Positions 58,461 through 64,000 of a DNA stretch of 64,000 nt are shown piece after piece; the stretch's first letter is position 1; every line of letters starts with the position of its first letter. The translations under genes were made by a program, and so were the position numbers. Below the pieces are notes generated by a model that searched no databases, was not told where the DNA came from, and saw only the letters and a list, made by a program, of their open reading frames with translations. This DNA is from Blastocystis sp. Blastoise (lineage: Eukaryota > Protista > Bigyra: Opalinata), in the NCBI GenBank assembly GCA_039096225.1, contig JBBPEB010000028.1, positions 496,001 to 560,000 of the forward strand, read 5' to 3'.

Positions 58461-59470
58461 CACTATGGACATTTTGTGTTTTTTTGACCCTATTTCCCGT
58501 AAGAGAAACAACAAAATGACTGGGATTTTTTAATCAAAAATACGTTGGCCTAAACTCGAGAAAAGAGTGTCCGCCAACTTGTCAAGTTTCTCTCTTTTTG
58601 ACGAGAAAAACTTAAAAATAACTCTACAAAATATATTGTTTATTTATATAATCATAGACATTCTAAATATTGACTATTTTACAGTGTTTTATGATTTAAA
58701 ATGACTGTTTAAAACCAAAAAGACTTTAATTTTTTCTCTGAAGTCTATAATTCAGAATGGATTACATGAGTGACAAATTTTTTAAAGTTGTGTGTTCTCT
58801 GAGTGATGTATTATCATTTCAATCATTCTCGTCAAGTCCTTTTACAATAAAAACCATTATACAGCCTAAACCAAAACACACCTAAAAATTTCTTCTTTTT
58901 TATTTCCCAAGGAAAAAACAATAAAATGACTTGACTTTTTTATTCATCATTTTTTAGCCTAAAGACGACAACATTTCTTTCAGCCAACTACCCTAGAAAG
59001 TCAAAACAATTAAAAATTCAAAAAAGAAAAGTAAAACGGAAGCTCTTGTTTTTGTTTATTGATTATCGTCATTAAACCTGTTTTTAAAAATATGACTTTA
59101 GAATATCATTCAGGACTTGATTTATAGTTCAGGGTATCGTTTTAAGGTTTAAAATAGCTTTTTTGAGAGAATTCATAATTATGTCCTAAACCAAGAGGAG
59201 TTGTGTGTTTTTATCATCTCTGTTGTTAGATATGTGTATACACAACATACTCAGCTTCACATAATTGTTTTTCTTGCTAGTCAAGATTTTTCACTCATTT
59301 TTAAATATTTGATTTTTAGTCTCAAAAGTGGTATAGAGTCTCTATACATGCCTGTAAGAATCGTTTTTAATACTAAAAAGTCAAAAATATTAAAGAAAAG
59401 TGACAGTGAAAAAAGGAGGGAAAAAATACTTTTTTTGAGTTTCTTGATATTCCCGCAAAAATGATTTTTC
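58461..59470 (+). mobile_element. Left terminus and subterminal repeats of a second CACTA element; its right end is not in the window
   Basis: CACTA at 58461 followed by TATTTCCCGT..AAAATGACT..ATCAAAAAT..GGCCTAAACTCG..CCGCCA, homologous to the reverse complement of 8145-8260. Degenerate internal copies near 58901 and 59445. Confidence 0.7.
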
Positions 59471-59899
59471 TTTTAAGACCTGAATACACCCATACGCTAT
59501 TGAGCCTATTAACTTAGAAAATATTTTCATTTGTTACTTATTTTCTTTATTTTTATTTTATTTTTATTAGCTGTTATTTTAAAAAATAGAAGTTGATTTT
59601 AACTTCAGATTATTCTCTTGTATGTATATTACTATTTTTTATTCTTTATCAATATTAACATTCTCCCATTCTCTAGCATGTATAGGTTCCTGCTCGTCCA
59701 TGGTTATAAGAGTCCTCTTCAGTCCATGTCAACAACGTCTATGATGTCAAACTACTTTCAAAGTATATATGTATTTATTTATTTTTATAATTATCTCTAA
59801 TTTTTTTCTTTGTTATATTTTTAAGTATTATATAATAGAGTACTTATCGTATATTCATTCTATCTATTATTAGCTTTCTTTTTGTTTTTTCTTAAATTA

Positions 59900-62092
59900 G
59901 AATCTAATTCATTTTATTATTTATTTTCATTATTTTTATATTTTTATTTATTATTATTTATTTATTTAGGTTGTTTTCTACTGTTTCTGTTGGTTATCTT
60001 TCCCTATGACTCAACATCACCAAATTTATTTTTTTCTATTAGGTATGTTTATTTATTTATTTATTTATTTATTTATTATCTAGTTCTTCTTTATTTCTTC
60101 TTCTTACACAAAATGATTCCTTCTTCTCTCTTCTTCATTTTCTTCCTTCTACACTTTTATCTCCTTATTTCTTCATCTTCTTTCTTTATTACTTCTTCCT
60201 ATGCCTTGTCTCCAGCCTATATCCTTGTCTCTCCCTTTGATTCATTATCTTCCTCAGATCTTCATTTTTCTTTTATTTTTTCTTCTATCTAAATTCCTTT
60301 ATTTTTCTTTTTTTTAATTATACCTCTCTCTTATCTTCGCTTCCCTTTTATATCACTCTTTCATTACTCTTTCTTAATCACTATTCTATTTACATTGTAT
60401 TTCGTTATGTCTTTTTCTTTTATCCTGTTATCCTCTTCTCCTTATTCTATACTTCTTTTTCCTCGACATGTATTAGTGTATACCCTCCTTTTCTTCCTCT
60501 TCCTCTTCTTCTTCTTCTTCTTCTCCATATAATTCTTTGCTTTTTTCAGATCTTCATCTTCTTATTTATATTTATATCACTATTTATTATATATATAGTT
60601 CTCTTCTATTATTTGCCTTCCTCCTCTTCCTTCTTTCTATTCTTCTCATACTTCTTCTCTCCTCCTTCTGATTCCCTTTTTTTACTGCCCTATTTTCCTT
60701 CTTTATCTTCCTTCTCTCCTCTTTCTGTATAATTCTATCTCAATCTTCCTTCTCTCCCTCTCTATTCTCGTATCCATCTTTATCCTTATTCTTTTTCCAT
60801 TTATTTCTCTCTGTCCCTGTCTATTTTATCTTATATGTCTCTTTCTACCTTCTTGTTTCCTTTTATATTTCCTTCTATGTCTCCTTTTCCACTTTATATC
60901 TACTTTTTTTTCTCTCTCTCCTTCTCTCTATTATTATATATTCTTATGTTCTAGTTATCTATTTTCTATTTTTATTTCTATCCTTTCATTCTCTATATTG
61001 TTATATCTACTTCTATTTTGTCTCTTTTCTTCTATCTTAATCTTCTATTTAATCCTTTTATTTCTTTCTATATATCTATATCTTCTTGTCTCTAACTTCT
61101 TTCTTAATCTCTTTTATATCCTTCTATTTCTCCTTCTATCTCTCCTTCTTTCTCCTTTTCTATTTTCTTCTAACCATCTTTTTTCCTATTTTTCTCTTTC
61201 TATCCCTATTATCTCATTCTCTATCTTCTTCTATATTCTTCTTCTTTCATCTTCTCTCCTTCTTCCTTCATCTTTCAATTTCCTTCTCTATCTTCCTTTT
61301 ATCTCAGCTACTCCTTCTGTCTCAATCTTCAGTCTTTCCTTTTCTTTCTCTTTCAACATCATTCTATCTCTCTGTATTCCTATATTTCTCTTCATATTTC
61401 TCTATCCTTATCTATCTCATTCTACCTCATTTATGTGTCTCAATCTCATTCTCTATTTCCTTCTATTTTCTCTTATCTACTTATATCTTCGTATATTTCC
61501 TTATATCTACGTATATCTACTTCTCTATCTTATTATATCTCCTTCTAACTTAATTTACTTCCTCTTCTTCTTTTTCTCCTTCTATCTCCTCTTCTATCTC
61601 CTCTTTATTCTCCATCATCTTCTATCTACTTCTCTATTTCCATCTACATCCTTCCATCTTACTACATCTCAATCCGTTTTCTCTCCTTCTATATCCTTTT
61701 ATATCCTTTTATCTCTCTTTCTCTCTTATCCTATTTATTTTTCTTATTTCTATCCATTTCTATCTACTTTATCTTCTCTATCTCATTCTATTGTATCTAT
61801 ATCATTCTCTTATCTTTCTATCTCCTTCTATTTTTAATCTTTTCTATCTACTTCTCCTTCTCTATTTCCTTCTATTCACTTCTATATACATCTCATTCTT
61901 CAAATCATTCTATATTCTTCCCTTCTTCCTTTTAACTCTTGCTATTTGTTTTTATTTTAATCTACTTCTCTCTTCCCTCAATCGACTTTTATCTACTTCT
62001 CCTTCTCTGTTTGATTCTATCTCCTCTCTATCCATATTTTCCTTTTTATTAATATTTATCTCCTTCTCTATATCTTTCGGTATTCTTCTATC

Positions 62093-62165
<73 letters not shown>

Positions 62166-63900
62166 ATATCTATCTATTTATTTATCTCAATCCCCTCTCC
62201 CCTTCTATATATTTTATTACCTTCTATGTCTCTACCCTATTTCCCGTTTTCTTTCTGTCTCTTTCTTCTCTCATATACTATTGTTCTATCTTTTCTTTTT
62301 TTATTCTTCTTTTTTTCTTCTTTGTTTTTTCTATTATACTTCTTTATCTTGCTTTGTCTCTCCTTCTCTCTATGTCATTCAAATTATAATTCTCTCTATC
62401 ATTCCCTATCGTTTTCTTTGTATGTATTTTTCTTTCTAATTTTTTTCTATATAAATTTATCTTTCTTGATATTCACTTCCTGCTCCTTTTTTCTCCCTTC
62501 TTCGTCTCATCTTCTTTTCTTCGTCTTCCAATTCTATCTGTTTTCCTCCTCCTTCTCTATCCTTCTCAATTCCTCTCTACCTATCTTTATATTCTTTCTT
62601 TTTTATACACCTTCCCTACTCCTCTATTTCTCTTTTTATCTTTATTCTTGTATCTATTTTTATCTTATTCTCTATTTCATTTGATTTCTTTTGTATATCT
62701 CTCATTCTATATAGAATTCTATCTCTTTCTATCTAATTTCTTCTTTATGTCTCTCTTTTCTTCTTTCTTTCTATTCATCTATTAGTGTATCTATCTATTT
62801 ATATCTTTGTATTTTTTTTCTCTCTATCTATCTATCTATCTATCTATCTCTTTTATTTCTTTATATCTTTCTGTTTCTCTATATATGTTTCTTGTTTATT
62901 CTTCTTTTCTTTTCTTTCTCTTCTTCTTCATTTTCTTGTATATCTTCTTCCTATTCTTTATCTTACTTTTCTTTCTTTTTTTCACCTCCTTCCTTGTCTC
63001 TTCTTCACATTCATCCTCTTGTTCTCTTATTAATCTATTTATTCTTTCTTATCATTATTCTATTTATTCTTCATCTTCTTGTTGTCATTATTCATTTCCT
63101 TCTTCTTATTCTTCCTTATCTTCCTTATCTTCTTATTCTTCTTCCTATTCTTCTTCTTCTTCCTTATCTTCTTCCTATTCTTCTTTTCTTCTTCTTCCTT
63201 ATCTTCTTCTTATTCTTCCTTATCTTCCTTATCTTCTTATTCTTCTTCCTATTCTTCTTCTTCTTCCTTATCTTCTTCCTATTCTTCTTTTCTTTTTCTT
63301 CTTCCTATTCTTCTTTTCTTCTTCTTCCTTATCTTCTTCTTCTTCTTCCTTATCTTCCTTATCTTCTTATTCTTCTTATTCTTCCTTATCTTCTTATTCT
63401 TCTTCCTATTCTTCTTCTTCTTCCTTATCTTCTTCCTATTCTTCTTTTCTTCTTCTTCCTTATCTTCCTTATCTTCTTCCTATTCTTCTTTTCTTCTTCT
63501 TATTCTTCCTTATCTTCTTCTTATTCTTCCTTATCTTCCTTATCTTCTTCCTTATCTTCTTCTTATTCTTCCTTATCTTCCTTATCTTCTTCCTTATCTT
63601 CCTTATCTTCTTCTTATTCTTTATCCTCTAATCCTCTTCTCTTCTGCATTCCTTATTATTATAGATCTCTATATATCTATCTTTGTCATTTATTATAAAT
63701 TATTTTTCATTTTTTTTATTAATCTCAATAATTAAAGACCCTATCTCATTTACTTTATATTTCTTTCTCTTTTATTCTTTTTTACTTCTTTTCCCTTCTT
63801 CTAGCATCCTTTTTCACTTATACATATATAAATATATCCTTACACATCATACTGACTCATTATTCCTACTATTTTACTTTCATTTATGTATTTTTATTCT
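59900..63900. repeat. Pyrimidine-rich low-complexity tract including (ATCT)n at 62093-62165 and a degenerate (CTT/CCT/ATT/TAT)n array at about 63095-63620
   Basis: The plus strand is almost devoid of G. The long F/L/S/Y-rich ORFs here are compositional artefacts. Confidence 0.9.
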
Positions 63901-63907
63901 ATATTAT

Positions 63908-63976
63908 CCTTAAGCTTATATTGGTAAGTATCTATCAGTTTATGATAGAAAACAGGTTCAATTCCTGTCTTAAGGT
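63908..63976 (+). pseudogene. tRNA-like sequence (degenerate tRNA or SINE head)
   Basis: Acceptor stem CCTTAAG/CTTAAGG, D-like arm CTTA-TATTGG-TAAG, anticodon-like arm TCTATC-AGTTTAT-GATAGA and T arm ACAGG-TTCAATT-CCTGT (B-box). Lacks the U8-A9 spacer and U33. Confidence 0.45.
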
Positions 63977-64000
63977 CAATTACATAACTAATTCTTTATA

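Noticed and set aside
63095-63620. Minus-strand GAA/GAT/AAG array with in-frame TAA/TAG, suggesting stop-codon reassignment
   Set aside because: Host genes end in TAA or TAG and have no internal stops. The array shifts frame and is better explained as a satellite.
59882-63913. Long plus-strand F/L/S/Y-rich ORFs of up to 297 aa
   Set aside because: They are open in several overlapping frames only because the strand is purine-poor; no domain signal.

Overview
A very AT-rich, intron-dense eukaryotic nuclear window in the standard genetic code. Introns mostly start GTATAT and end TATAG and are often inflated by microsatellites. The BTB/TLDc family gene, MRO-type proteins and a U12-type intron are compatible with an anaerobic stramenopile such as Blastocystis, but that is inference only. 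A block of about 23 spliced host genes runs from 8.3 to 58.0 kb: DCTN2, UBC2/RAD6, Tom22-like, PSMA7, TLDc protein, DNAJC17, PGM3, NAA38, a LamG/cadherin-like surface protein, OS-9-like, RanGAP, SEC11, a CDP-alcohol phosphotransferase, a metallophosphoesterase, BolA, NMD3, FYV7-like, Mis12-like and several hypotheticals. Two homologous CACTA transposon termini bracket this block and face outwards. The left element ends at TAGTG 8256-8260 and carries an apparently intact spliced En/Spm-type DDE transposase plus a divergent orphan gene. The right element starts at CACTA 58461 and runs into a 4-kb pyrimidine-rich tract followed by a tRNA-like sequence. Other notable items are a 193-bp hAT-type MITE with a perfect 8-bp TSD, an AT-AC intron in RanGAP, a Helitron-like GC hairpin and a candidate structured RNA. 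Four introns in conserved genes lack a canonical GT or AG exactly where a short direct repeat spans the junction; this is either unusual splicing or an RNA-read polishing artefact. Exon boundaries were read by eye and gene spans include introns.
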